Below, one piece after another: positions 1 through 13,496 of a stretch of DNA of 64,000 nucleotides. The notes under the pieces were generated by a model. It did not search any database. It saw nothing but the letters and a program-made list of their open reading frames with translations, and was not told the origin of the DNA. The translations under genes and the position numbers were made by a program. The DNA is from Tubulanus polymorphus (Eukaryota; Animalia; Nemertea), in assembly GCF_964204645.1 (NCBI RefSeq), contig NC_134030.1, positions 2,277,355 to 2,341,354 on the forward strand. Reading direction: 5' to 3'. Within the stretch, counting starts at the first letter, position 1; each line of letters begins with the position of its first letter.

Positions 1-783
1 GAGTTGGTGTATGTGACATGTTAGAAGGGAGAGTTTCTTGTCCTAAAGGATTACGGTAATCTATCTTATTGCTAGTATCAGATATTGGTGATGCTTTCGA
101 GCCGATTTATTTCTAGTAGCCAATTTATTTTCATTTCATTGCAGCGAAGTGATGGAAAAATCATTCCCGGCTTACTACGAATATTACTCGTCATGTTGTC
201 ACAAAAATTCCAAGCTCAACGGACAAACAATGCAGGTATAGTAGCCTCCTAGATAAATACAGATATCAAAATGTCCTAAATCCTGGTTATCTAAATATCA
301 GAAAAACAACTGATATCCGAGTTTGATAATTGAGCGGAGTCTACTGTACCATCGAACTCAGATATTGCTCTCAAGTCAAAATATCAGACTTGAGCTGAAT
401 CTACTGCATCATCAAAATCAGTCACAAGAGGCAAAAGATCCAACTTGTCCTCTCTGTAATCATATGATTGTAGCTGCTCTGCTACAATTTATATGAAAAT
501 CTGTTTGAGATTATGATATTTCTATGGTTCGAATGTTAAAAATGAGGAATTTATGGGTTTTCCCCACTCTCACTTTCGCTTTCAGGATCCGTTCGGTGAA
601 AAACGTGGAAAATTCATATTTGACAAACTTCTCGCGCGTCTGCAAAATATTAAAACGAAAATCGTTGTCGCGAGCGACGAAGACAATGAATCGGACGCGG
701 ACAGCGATTTAGATTCGGATAACGGCAGCAATTCGGGAACGGACGCAAAAACTATAGAAACGACAACAATGGAAACGACGTGA
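1..783 (+). CDS. UBE2Z: Ubiquitin-conjugating enzyme E2 Z, 3' end (exons 1-55, 145-235, 586-783)
   Basis: Spliced translation [58 protein letters not shown]...acidic tail matches the UBE2Z C-terminus as I recall it (VAVCDMMEG..CP..LR.VMEKSF..YY..Y......[15 protein letters not shown].F). GT-AG introns keep the frame. Confidence 0.9.
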
Positions 784-1178
784 TTTCAATCTGTAACGAG
801 GAACGCGTTCGTGTTAACCCCGGTAAAAAAGGTCTTCTATAATTAAAACAGTCTCGAGATTCGAGTCAATTTAACCTGGAACACGCGTTATCATTATTAC
901 ATGTAAGGTACATGTTTAACTGTAATTTCAGTTTTCATTCAAATAATCACCAGTGTTTTATTAGTACAACTGTCAAACTGTGCTCTTCACGCGGATTAAC
1001 GTTAATTATCGGCGACAAAATCATGAACATTTTCTACGTAACTCCGTTTGTTGTGATGACGACCCATCATCGTTGCTCCAACTGCGCCTGAATTCACTTC
1101 TGGCTCCGACTGCCCTGCAGAACATTCACTCGTTAGTCTGATTGGACTCTAATTGGCGCGATGGACCTGGCCTGTAAC

Positions 1179-1396
1179 TTGGTTTAGTACGGGTCAAATT
1201 ATAGCGCGTGAAATGCCAACTGATTCTGTAAGACGGAACTCACTTGCCACAGCACCCTGGAGAACATTCATCAGTGCTGTTAGATCTGAGTTGAGTCTAT
1301 TGGCTTGTGTCAAATTTGGTTTAGTACGGGTCAAATTATCGCGCGTGAAATGCCAACTGATTCTGCAAGTGAGACTCAACTCACTTGCCACAGCAT
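1179..1396. repeat. Direct repeat, two copies of about 78 bp, period about 137
   Basis: TTGGTTTAGTACGGGTCAAATTAT.GCGCGTGAAATGCCAACTGATTCTG...AACTCACTTGCCACAGCA occurs at about 1179 and about 1316. Confidence 0.8.
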
Positions 1397-2077
1397 CCTT
1401 TTCGATAGCATTTATAAGTAAGGAGTGAATGATGTATGCGAACACAGTCTCTTATTAAACACGGGCCAAACGTGACCCGTATAAAATAATCTGTATGTGT
1501 GTGTGTGTGTGTGATCGGGGCTTTTACTGTATAATCTATGCTTGGGTAAGTAATAAGTAATAGTCATTCTGTGTAATATAATATTATTATTATTATCGTG
1601 TATGAGGAATATATATCATATATAAATGTATTTTTAAACGGTGTATTATATAATTCTGATGAGAATTGATTAAAGTTTTGTTAAAGAGATCGATTTTTTT
1701 CAAGACTTTCTTCGACGACTTCGGAAACCATTCGTGAAATATGTAACTGTACTGATCGTTGGGGAGGAGAGGAACACTTCACTGTGAACAGCCCAGTCTG
1801 AATCAGTCTCAGATCTCTTACTGTTTAGGGATGCCCTGATATATGTTATTTTTATGAGATATCCTCAGTGGTGGCTGTTTCTTTTCGCACAGTTCCTTGT
1901 GCCACTTGTTAACAGCAACAAAAATTCCAGCAACATTTTTGCCAACCTCACCAGAGATAGTCGTCATCCAAATAATAACTCAAACTCAAAACTATCAAAC
2001 AAGCAAAATATCTATATTGATATCTAATTAATGAATTATTGAGGATTATTATTACAAAAAGTCTTGTTAATCATATT

Positions 2078-4479
<2,402 letters not shown>

Positions 4480-4848
4480 TATCATCGACTCGCAATAACT
4501 TTGGTTTAAAAGAAAAATAGAAAACGAAATAAAATGTCAATTGAAATTGCCGAGCTGTCAGATTTTTACCGTCAAGTGCTGCCCCTATATTAATCGATAG
4601 CGGCGAAAGCGTGAACTAAACAAATCGCCGTAAAATTGAAGATATATCTACTGTGGCATGCGAGTAACAGAATAGTTCACACTTTTATCGCTATTGATTA
4701 ACATAGGGGCAGCACTTGACGGCTTGCGACCTGACACAGATCTATAGTCATACTGTGGCATGCGAGTGATATTTGTTTACTTCCGTGTTTTTTTGACAGT
4801 TCTCGGAGGTGTTTTGACAGGTTTCTCTGTTTTGGACGCAGTTTAACG
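4480..4848. promoter_or_regulatory. Bidirectional promoter region shared by PECR and caspase copy 1
   Basis: Start codons diverge about 370 bp apart. Contains a 50-bp-arm inverted repeat (4569-4618 / 4673-4722) and TACTGTGGCATGCGAGT twice. Confidence 0.6.
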
Positions 4849-7800
4849 ATGGAGCAATCAGATGCTGGAGAGAATAGATACAAATATAATGACGTTTGGA
4901 TGCTTTTGAATGATCAAATCACGAATGATGATTTTGAAAAATTGAAAGATTCATTTCGGGCTGAATCCGGAGCTGAATCTGGGCTAACCGAGAAAGAAAT
5001 CGACAAATGTGGGAATGTTTTCAAGCTAAGAGGAAACCTCGTCAAAAAAGGCATCGTTTCAAAAGCTAATAACGAGGTACTGATCGAGCATTTAAACAAG
5101 TGCGGTTTGGCTGGGCACGCAGAGAGTGTGATAGACTACCAGAAACAAGTTGAACTTAATGAAAAACAAGTGCCTAATTCCAGCACCAGCAGCAGCAGCA
5201 GTATCATCAACAGTACTACGAAAACAGCAGGTAAGGACAATTGCCTAAATTATCAATTTGCAACCAATTTTTTTCATTTCTTTTTTACAACTGAGTACGT
5301 GTATGTTGAGGGAAATTGATGAAATTGTACAGTTTGAGGTGAGAGTTGAATTGGAAACAATGTTTGATTGCATTGCCACGGCATATTTACTTCAATTTCG
5401 CCAAAAATGATGGTATTCAAAGAAAAAACCGTCATTCATACGATGCTTTCACCGCTGCAGTCTCCACGCTCCTCTAATGACGTAACTCACTTTAATATGG
5501 TTTTAATAGAGAATGATTTGGAGAGGCATCACTATCTGCACTGTCAGCTACTGGAAGAGCTCAGTCAAGATTTACCTGATGAAGATTTTCAAGCTCTACG
5601 CAATGTGGTCGAGCCGATCAGACTGAGACATAGATACACTGAAGAACCCCAAACCATTCGCGGTCTGTTAGACATGCTTCAAAATTTGGGAGTTGTCAAA
5701 ATTGGCAATTACGATGTGTTGCACGATTTGTTTAAAAAAGCGAATATTCCCGGTAAATCAGATCTGATCAGATCACTACAGGATCAAATTGAAACCAGTA
5801 AATATCTAACAGGTTAGACATTACATATATAACCATTGGATGACACACTCCTGACTCTGTATTTCATTGATAGTATATAATCAAGTCTGAAATGTTTCTT
5901 AATCTTTGAGCTTATTGTTTATAACATCAAATAAACTAGACAATGAACTAATGTCTATTTCAACCTGACTTGAGAGCATTCCGGGTGGCCTAGCTCAGTC
6001 AGTTTTGGTAGTACATACCTGATAAAGGTCTGAATAGGACCAGAAAGGACTGGCAGTCGACCTTAAACATCATTTTCTAATCCATTTCAAACTGTATTGA
6101 AGGATATCCAAAAAGTCTTCACTGAAAGGGGTTAAATTAAAGAAATAGACTCCATGATTTGAAAGTTTAACAATATGTTTCCATGCCTACATACCAAACT
6201 TCAGTTGGCAGGCATGGAGACATATTGTTAATCTTTCAAGTCATGGAGTCACTTCTCTTCATTTAACCCCTTTCAGTGAAGACTTTTTGGATATCCTTCA
6301 ATACAGTTTCAAATGGATTAAAAAATGATGATTTAGGTCGACTGCCAGTCCTTTCTGGTCCTAATAAGACCTTTATCAGGTATGTACTATCAAAAATGAG
6401 CGAGCTAGGCCACTCGGAATGATCAGATCACTACAGGATCAAATTGAAACCAGTAAATATCTAACAGGTTAGACATTACATATATAACCATTGGATGACA
6501 CACTCCTGACTCTGTATTTCATTGATAGTATATAATCAAGTCTGAAATGTTTCTTAATCTTTGAGCTTATTGTTTATAACATCAAATAAACTAGACAATG
6601 AACTAATGTCTATTTCAACCTGACTTGAGAGCATTCCGGGTGGCCTAGCTCAGTCAGTTTTGGTAGTACATACCTGATAAAGGTCTGAATAGGACCAGAA
6701 AGGACTGGCAGTCGACCTTAAACATCATTTTCTAATCCATTTCAAACTGTATTGAAGGATATCCAAAAAGTCTTCACTGAAAGGGGTTAAATTAAAGAAA
6801 TAGACTCCATGATTTGAAAGTTTAACAATATGTTTCCATGCCTACATACCAAACTTCAGTTGGCAGGCATGGAGACATATTGTTAATCTTTCAAGTCATG
6901 GAGTCACTTCTCTTCATTTAACCCCTTTCAGTGAAGACTTTTTGGATATCCTTCAATACAGTTTCAAATGGATTAAAAAATGATGATTTAGGTCGACTGC
7001 CAGTCCTTTCTGGTCCTAATAAGACCTTTATCAGGTATGTACTATCAAAAATGAGCGAGCTAGGCCACTCGGAATGCTCTCAAGTCAGGTTGAAATAGAC
7101 ATTAGTAACAGTAGCTTTTCAATGCGGGGTCCATGGCAATTTGGTGGGACTCTAAAATGTTTCACGGCGCCCTTTGCTAAATGAACTCTTGTGAACTTGT
7201 TCTAACTGTTCTCTCATATGGAATCTGGTAGAATGATGAGGAAAAGTTCATACGTGGAAACGCTGTAATTTATGCATCTTTAAAACCAAATCCACACATT
7301 TTCGTTTTCATCTGTTGTGAAATTGTTGCATCTGATTAAAAAATCTCCTGGCGCGAGTATTCCCAGGATCAGACATTTGCGTGGGTATCTTACAAAGAAA
7401 AATGTTGAATGAACCACTTTTTTATTCGACTCATTGTTGGATGATCTATTGTCTGAAAACAACATAATCAGTTCAGGTTTTTCCACTCGTGATATGAGAG
7501 AATTAGGATGAATCATCGTTTCACTGCATAGAAACTTTTATTCTTTTTCAGGTCAAAAACGTAATAAATCATTCGAAGTACCAAGTTCTGAATCCTTTGA
7601 AGCAAAACGATCTAAATCTAGCAGTGAGTGCATTTTTCAGTTTAAACTCATGATATTTTCAAGAACGCTTTTTTTCTGCTTTAGAAATAATGAATATTTT
7701 TCGTAGATTCTGGTGAAACTATATCGGACTGTCGACGACATCGAACTCACGTCTGTTACAAGCGTACAAGATCTAAACCCGGTTTAGTTTTAATTATCAA

Positions 7801-9454
7801 CCAGTTTACACAAGATCGACTCGGTAAAATTAATATTCATAGTGATAGTGATAATGATTATGATAATGATATCTTTCTACATAATGATAATAAGATCATG
7901 ATAATTTATTCACTATATAAGCATAGAAGTATGGACTTCTATGCTTATATCGCGCAAAACAATACGAAGATAATCGCCGCGCTTTATAACATAAAAACCA
8001 AATAGATACCACATTAAAAAGGTCATTTCCTTTCGAATTAGAAATGTACACGTCTACATATCTTCATTTATTTACTTATTCTAACTTAAGAAAAGCTCAA
8101 GGCCAGACGGCGCAAACTTTTTAAAAAACCATTTTCAGTTTTCCCCTTAACTGATAACGAGAAAAATCCCACAATAAATTCAGCCAAAAATGAAAAGTTC
8201 TATAGTAAATATCATCAGTACGCCTGATGATGGCTAATAGTATTTACCCAAAACGTTGCTCGAAATATAATCATTTTACTATAGAACTTATCATTTTTGG
8301 CTGAATTTATTGTGGGATTTCGCTCGCTATTCACTGATATTGTGTATCTTCTCGTCTCCCCTTAATTGATATTTCTTTGAAAAATAAATTTTCTCCAGGT
8401 ACCGAAAAAGACGAGGACGACATAAAACAACTGTTTAAAAATGAGCTAAATTTCGATGTAATTGTGACTCGTGATTTATCGAAAGTAGATGCGGATAGAA
8501 TGATCGAGGAAGTGAAATCGAAACTAAAAACTGGATTGCATGATTCATTCGTTTTGTTCATTCTTAGTCACGGTGATAAGGTAATGTCGAAATACATGTA
8601 GGTCTTCAACATGTGCCTGTAATATGTCTGCCTTTCGTTTCTATAAACAAGTGACTTTCTAAAAGAAATGAAGAAAAACACGCAATAACGAACTGAAAAA
8701 CTGAAAACTAAGAGATCATTTAGACGTTTTGACTAAAACTCTCAAATCACTGCTGCAGAGATTTTTCATTTAAAAGGTTTGAGAATTTTTTGCAGGAAGG
8801 AATAAAGACTGTTGGCAGTGATGGCCATGAAGAACCCGATGTTAGGCTAAAAATCGATGAATTACATAAACAATTGAATTCTTCCAGTTTACCGGAGATG
8901 TCAGGTTTGAATAAAACTATATTTTCATTTTACTCCAGTCATGAATTTGTAATAATGACGATGATTGTAATTTTAGGCAAACCGAAGGTGATTCTAGTTC
9001 AAGCTTGTCGCGGTGAACAGGAGATGAGTGGAAATATTGAATCTGATGATAAATGTAAAACTAAAGAAAGTCGAACTAATGAAGAAACACAAAACCAGAA
9101 ACAATTCATTCCCAAAGAAGCCGATTTTCTGACAGCTTACTCCCAAACAAATGGTATGATACAACGATTTTTATATAATCTGTAAAATCATGTTTTCCGG
9201 TATTGAAACTTGCTCTGTTTATTTTTATACTTGTAGAATATCTGAGTTATCGTAACACGTGCGAGGGATCTTGGTTCATTCAGGAATTTCTGGATGTTTT
9301 GAATGATAATAAACATTGTCACGTATTGGACATACTGACGATGGTGAACAGCAACATCGCTGATCGTCAAACACGCATTAAACGATACAAACAGATGCCT
9401 GTGTTCGTGTCGTCTTTGAGAAAGTTTTTCTACTTCGTTGAATCGACTCTGTAA
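4849..9454 (+). CDS. Caspase-8/10-like initiator caspase with two DED-like prodomains (copy 1)
   Basis: Exons 4849-5230, 5510-~5798/5812, 7552-7623, 7707-7823, 8399-8580, 8796-8904, 8977-9153, 9237-9454. Motifs PGLVLIINQF..DRLGTEKD, FILSHGD (catalytic His), GKPKVILVQACRG (catalytic Cys), EADFLTAYS, GSWFIQ, KQMP...SSLRKFFYF. Two N-terminal six-helix-type death-fold repeats. Confidence 0.9.
5766..7075 (+). repeat. 655-bp tandem duplication (5766-6420 / 6421-7075)
   Basis: Apparently identical copies. Each contains the 3' end and splice donor of the DED2 exon and most of a foldback element. Confidence 0.9.
6602..7107. mobile_element. About 505-bp foldback/MITE (truncated second copy at 5947-6420)
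   Basis: Ends ACTAATGTCTATTTCAACCTGACTTGAGAGCATTCC / GGAATGCTCTCAAGTCAGGTTGAAATAGACATTAGT. Arms are complementary almost to the centre at about 6850. Confidence 0.85.
8157..8356 (+). mobile_element. Palindromic insertion with degenerate hammerhead motif and TSD
   Basis: Inverted arms AATCCCACAATAAATTCAGCCAAAAATGA / TCATTTTTGGCTGAATTTATTGTGGGATT. Centre CTGATGATGG...CCAAAACGTT. Direct flanks TCCCCTTAA(C/T)TGATA at 8142 and 8357. Confidence 0.7.
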
Positions 9455-9473
9455 AAAATGTACATTCCTTTAA

Positions 9474-9761
9474 CCCTTTCAGTGCGTCTACACCGCAGTG
9501 CGGTGTATAAATCAGTGATGGATTTTGCTAGTACACCGCACTGCGGTGTATTGATGTAATTAGTAATTTGTAATTATCTCTATTGAAAAATGGCAGCAAG
9601 TGTCAAACATAGTGAAATACTAGTAACTAACGATACACCGCACTGCGGTGTAGACGCACTATAGTGGTATTTCCATTGTTCAACACACTAGGGTGGAATT
9701 TTTTAGAATTTTCAAATTTTCTCCAGCACTATAGGGTATTAATTAGTCAGCACTGAAAGGG
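9474..9761. mobile_element. piggyBac-type MITE in the caspase-1 3' UTR
   Basis: TTAA|CCCTTTCAGTGC...GCACTGAAAGGG|TTAA. Three internal palindromes TACACCGCA(G/C)TGCGGTGTA. Absent from the paralogous site after caspase copy 2. Confidence 0.85.
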
Positions 9762-12497
9762 TTAATTGCATAATCCGTGTTTAAATGGTAAATAAAACCC
9801 AACACCATTAAAGAATAGAAAGATTGTGAAATGTTTCCTTGAGCTAGTGGGTTATCTAACTTGAACTATGTGTCTATTAATTTTCATCTGACATCAATCT
9901 TTTTTCTGATATTTTTCTTGATCTTTGAACACTTTTGGTATGGGTTCAAAAGAAAAATATCCGAAAAAGATCGATAACAGATGAACTAAACAGACAGATT
10001 AGTAGTTTATTCAACGTTTCCACGATAGCCTCGTATTCCTGAAGAGTTCTATTAGGATATAGTCTGGGCTCAAGGAAACTTTTCATACCTTATTTTTTCA
10101 TTCTCGGTGTCAGATTTTTATATCGTCTATAAATAGAATAAAACACTGCCATATATTACTTAGAATAGAATTTCATTCCTTCAGGTGAAATAATTAAACT
10201 TTTATATACATTTTATTAGAGATTTCAAATCTTATTCAGTTTTACAGATTCAGAAATTGTAAGAGGGATCGTGATGCTAATATGTTTAGTTTTCTAACTG
10301 TTCGTTCACTATTTCTATTGGTTTATGTATCGCCGGTTTGTGGAAACTAGGAACTAATTATTAAGAATAATTGATGATAATTGATTTCAATAATTGATGA
10401 TAAACATTTAGTTATTTTATTGTTATTTCATAGAATTAGAGTCAGAATGAACTGCTTAAAATTAATATGCTATTATGTATTGATTTTTGATACAATACGA
10501 CATGTAATATATCTATTTTCGTAAACCTTATGACTATAACATACAATATAATGAAAAATTTATAGTTTTGAAAGATGTTTTGAATACCTGCATGAAGAGT
10601 TGATGTTACACTTACAAATATGAATTCTATAATGATTATGATGTTTTAAAAATGAGATTGAATTATTGTGTTCTCTCTTGTAATGTTTGAATTCTATCGT
10701 TCAAAACGCTTTCTCCCCGTCTCTGTATGATGAACTAATCTTAGCTGGTAGATTTTTAGAATAAAAGTAATTGATACATTGTTTCTCTGACCCGCCCGGC
10801 CGCCTATCTACCCTGTACATGAATTTTTAAAATCATGATCAAGTTAACAATAACAGACCCGGCAGTTATAGAAATGAACTGATTACTTATTTTATTACAG
10901 TTTACAAAATGACCCGCTCGATCAGGAGAATGTATCATTTTTAGCATGTATCATTTATCGATGTATTATTTTTAGCCCTACTCATTTTGTTGGAGGAACT
11001 CCTCGATTCTACTGTCACGTTTTATAGCCTGTTCTTAAATCCACTGTTAAAACTATATTAATGTCTCAGAATCAGCTGCTTTCTATACATATATATATTA
11101 CGCAAAGGCGAAAGAAATCTTGGAATTGGATTCTAAATAAATTCCACGTATGTTTTCATGAATTATTCATATATGCTTATTTTGCTTACAATTTATTTAC
11201 AAAATGTGCTAATTTAGAATTTAGATTGTTTTGATAGAATTTTATAAAATGATTATTTTATTGATTTCGCGTATTGCTATTCTAGTTATGTATATCCCTT
11301 CAATAAACACACATTACAGGTCGCATTTAAACAAGAATTGTTGAGTTTGTTTTTTGATTTATTTTAGAGCCCGTTGATTTTATTGGATTTATGTTGATCA
11401 TAAAACTGGAAAAGACCAAATGAATATTGTGTCCGCGGTCGATTTCTCTTTTCGTCTCTTCTCTAGTCGATTTACGACCCCTGATGAGGAAGCTAACCAC
11501 GTTACAAAGGAAACCAAAAACCCCAGGAATAACGTGAACTGATAGATCGATGATAGAAATATATTGCATGTAAAAATTCATTTATTAAATTGGAAATCTT
11601 CCCTTCTATTTAGACCTAGTTCTAATCCCTTGTATAATTTCAAATGCAATACACAAAACATGAAACTACACGAGCAGAAAGTTTCTCCAAAATAATATCA
11701 TTTATTAGAACCTCTCATTGCATGATTAGTACGAAGCACATTTAAACAAACACTTTCATTTTTGTTGTTTATCAACAACATTCAAAATTACTGTTTATAA
11801 TTCATTCATTAATACATCAAGACTCAGCGAGTATTATTATCTCCCGTTTTTAGTTGCTCAATTCCTCCCGTTACTTTCAAGTAGTTTAGACTTCTCGCCT
11901 GATCCAGGTATAGATGTTTCATATTAACTGAGGCAAAAAATGATATTTCTTTCTCATTGATTTTTTTTTAAAACCTGAAATATGGATTGGATTGACCATG
12001 TTATTCATTCATTCGGACTTTAAAACGCCGTGGTTTCCACTGGGTGGGTCAGTTATCTAAATTACCACCAAATATGTCATATTTTCATATTATCTATTGA
12101 CATTTTATGTGTATTTCAAGCACGTGATGACGTAAGATATGCCATGAGGTCATTTGACCGTTTTTCAAGTTTTATTTTCGAACATTACGTTATTCAAACT
12201 TTATCTATGTTTTGTTTGTTTGTTGAAAAAAACACGGAAATGCCTTCGTTCAGACCGATAAGGGTTTCATATAAGTCAAATATTTACCCACAAACTTTAT
12301 TTGCCGACAATGAACGATAAGACTCGTGGTTTCCACCGGGTTTTTGCCAGTTATCTAAATTACCAAATATGTCCCATTTTCATATTATTTATTGGCATTT
12401 TATGTTACGTTGTTTATGTTTTTTGATGTTTGAAAACACGGAAATTCGTTTAGAGCGAGAATTAGTGACGCATAAGTCAAATATTTACAGACTTGAT

Positions 12498-12702
12498 AGA
12501 ACGATAACCACACTCAAACGTGGTGAACGGATAATAAGATAAAATCCCACTATTTACAGATTAAAAGAACTTAAAAACCAGAAATTTATTTATTCAATCT
12601 AAAATATGTAAAAGACACGTCGTGTCTTTTATACATTTTAGATTGAATAAATAAATTCTGGTTTTTAAATTCTTTTAATCTGTAAATAGTGGGATTTTAT
12701 CT
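12498..12702. mobile_element. Palindromic family-B insertion with the hammerhead centre deleted
   Basis: Same arms and tail as 33834-34158. TSD TATTTACAGACTTGAT at 12482 and 12703. Confidence 0.8.
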
Positions 12703-13199
12703 TATTTACAGACTTGATTTGCCGATAATGATTTCGAGATGTTCTTCAAAGAGAAAGGGTAAAAGAAACCCATGTATACATTTTCTTCAAAAATATTCAC
12801 CACAGGGGTTCTTATCTGAGTCTTTGGTACTGCAAAATAAAATAAGAATAAGATAAAAAGTACCAACATTGCACAAGTTCATGACACATGTACATGTACC
12901 ATTTTAGGAAAATAATGTGTATAAATTTGTTTTGGAGGACAAATTTTGGTCTCAACACCATTGTACATATGATACGATACGATAGATATGAATTTAGCTT
13001 CATCCGATTGATGATTATTGATGATAACTTCTGTTATATATTAACGTCCGTTCTATGTTATACAGTTCTTCTATGGATATTTGGATTACTTGAACTCCTA
13101 CGTAGGTACACTTATTGCTAAGCAGTGGCATGCGAGTAATAACTTAGTTCAGACTGTCACCGCTATCGATTAACCAAGGGGCAGCACATGGCGGTTTAA

Positions 13200-13400
13200 G
13201 AGATTTACTTCTTAGACTGGTTGCCAGTCTCTATGTTCATGACTTGTGACACTTCACCCGTCAAGGGATTCGAACCCACTACGCTAAAGCTGTTCCCCGA
13301 ACAGCTGGTGGAAGCGAGTTCGGGAGTGATACCCCTGGCAAGCGAGGATGGACTTGTGACTGCGAAAGCAATAATTTCAACAGGCAACCAGTCTAGCTTT
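13200..13400 (-). mobile_element. Probable tRNA-derived SINE-like insertion upstream of caspase copy 2
   Basis: B-box GGGTTCGAATCCC on the minus strand at about 13266-13279. The segment is not present in the copy-1 promoter. Confidence 0.4.
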
Positions 13401-13496
13401 CCGTTTAGCGTTTGAATATAAAAGCGCAGTTTACTTGGTTTCTTGACAGTTCGACTCCGAGAGGCGTTCCATGTCAGATTGTAGTTAATCTTAACG

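Noticed and set aside
7280-7516. Minus-strand ORF with RYPRKCLI...NNFT resembling a caspase large-subunit start
   Set aside because: The real exon (PGLVLIINQF) is on the plus strand at 7707-7823; the resemblance looks coincidental.
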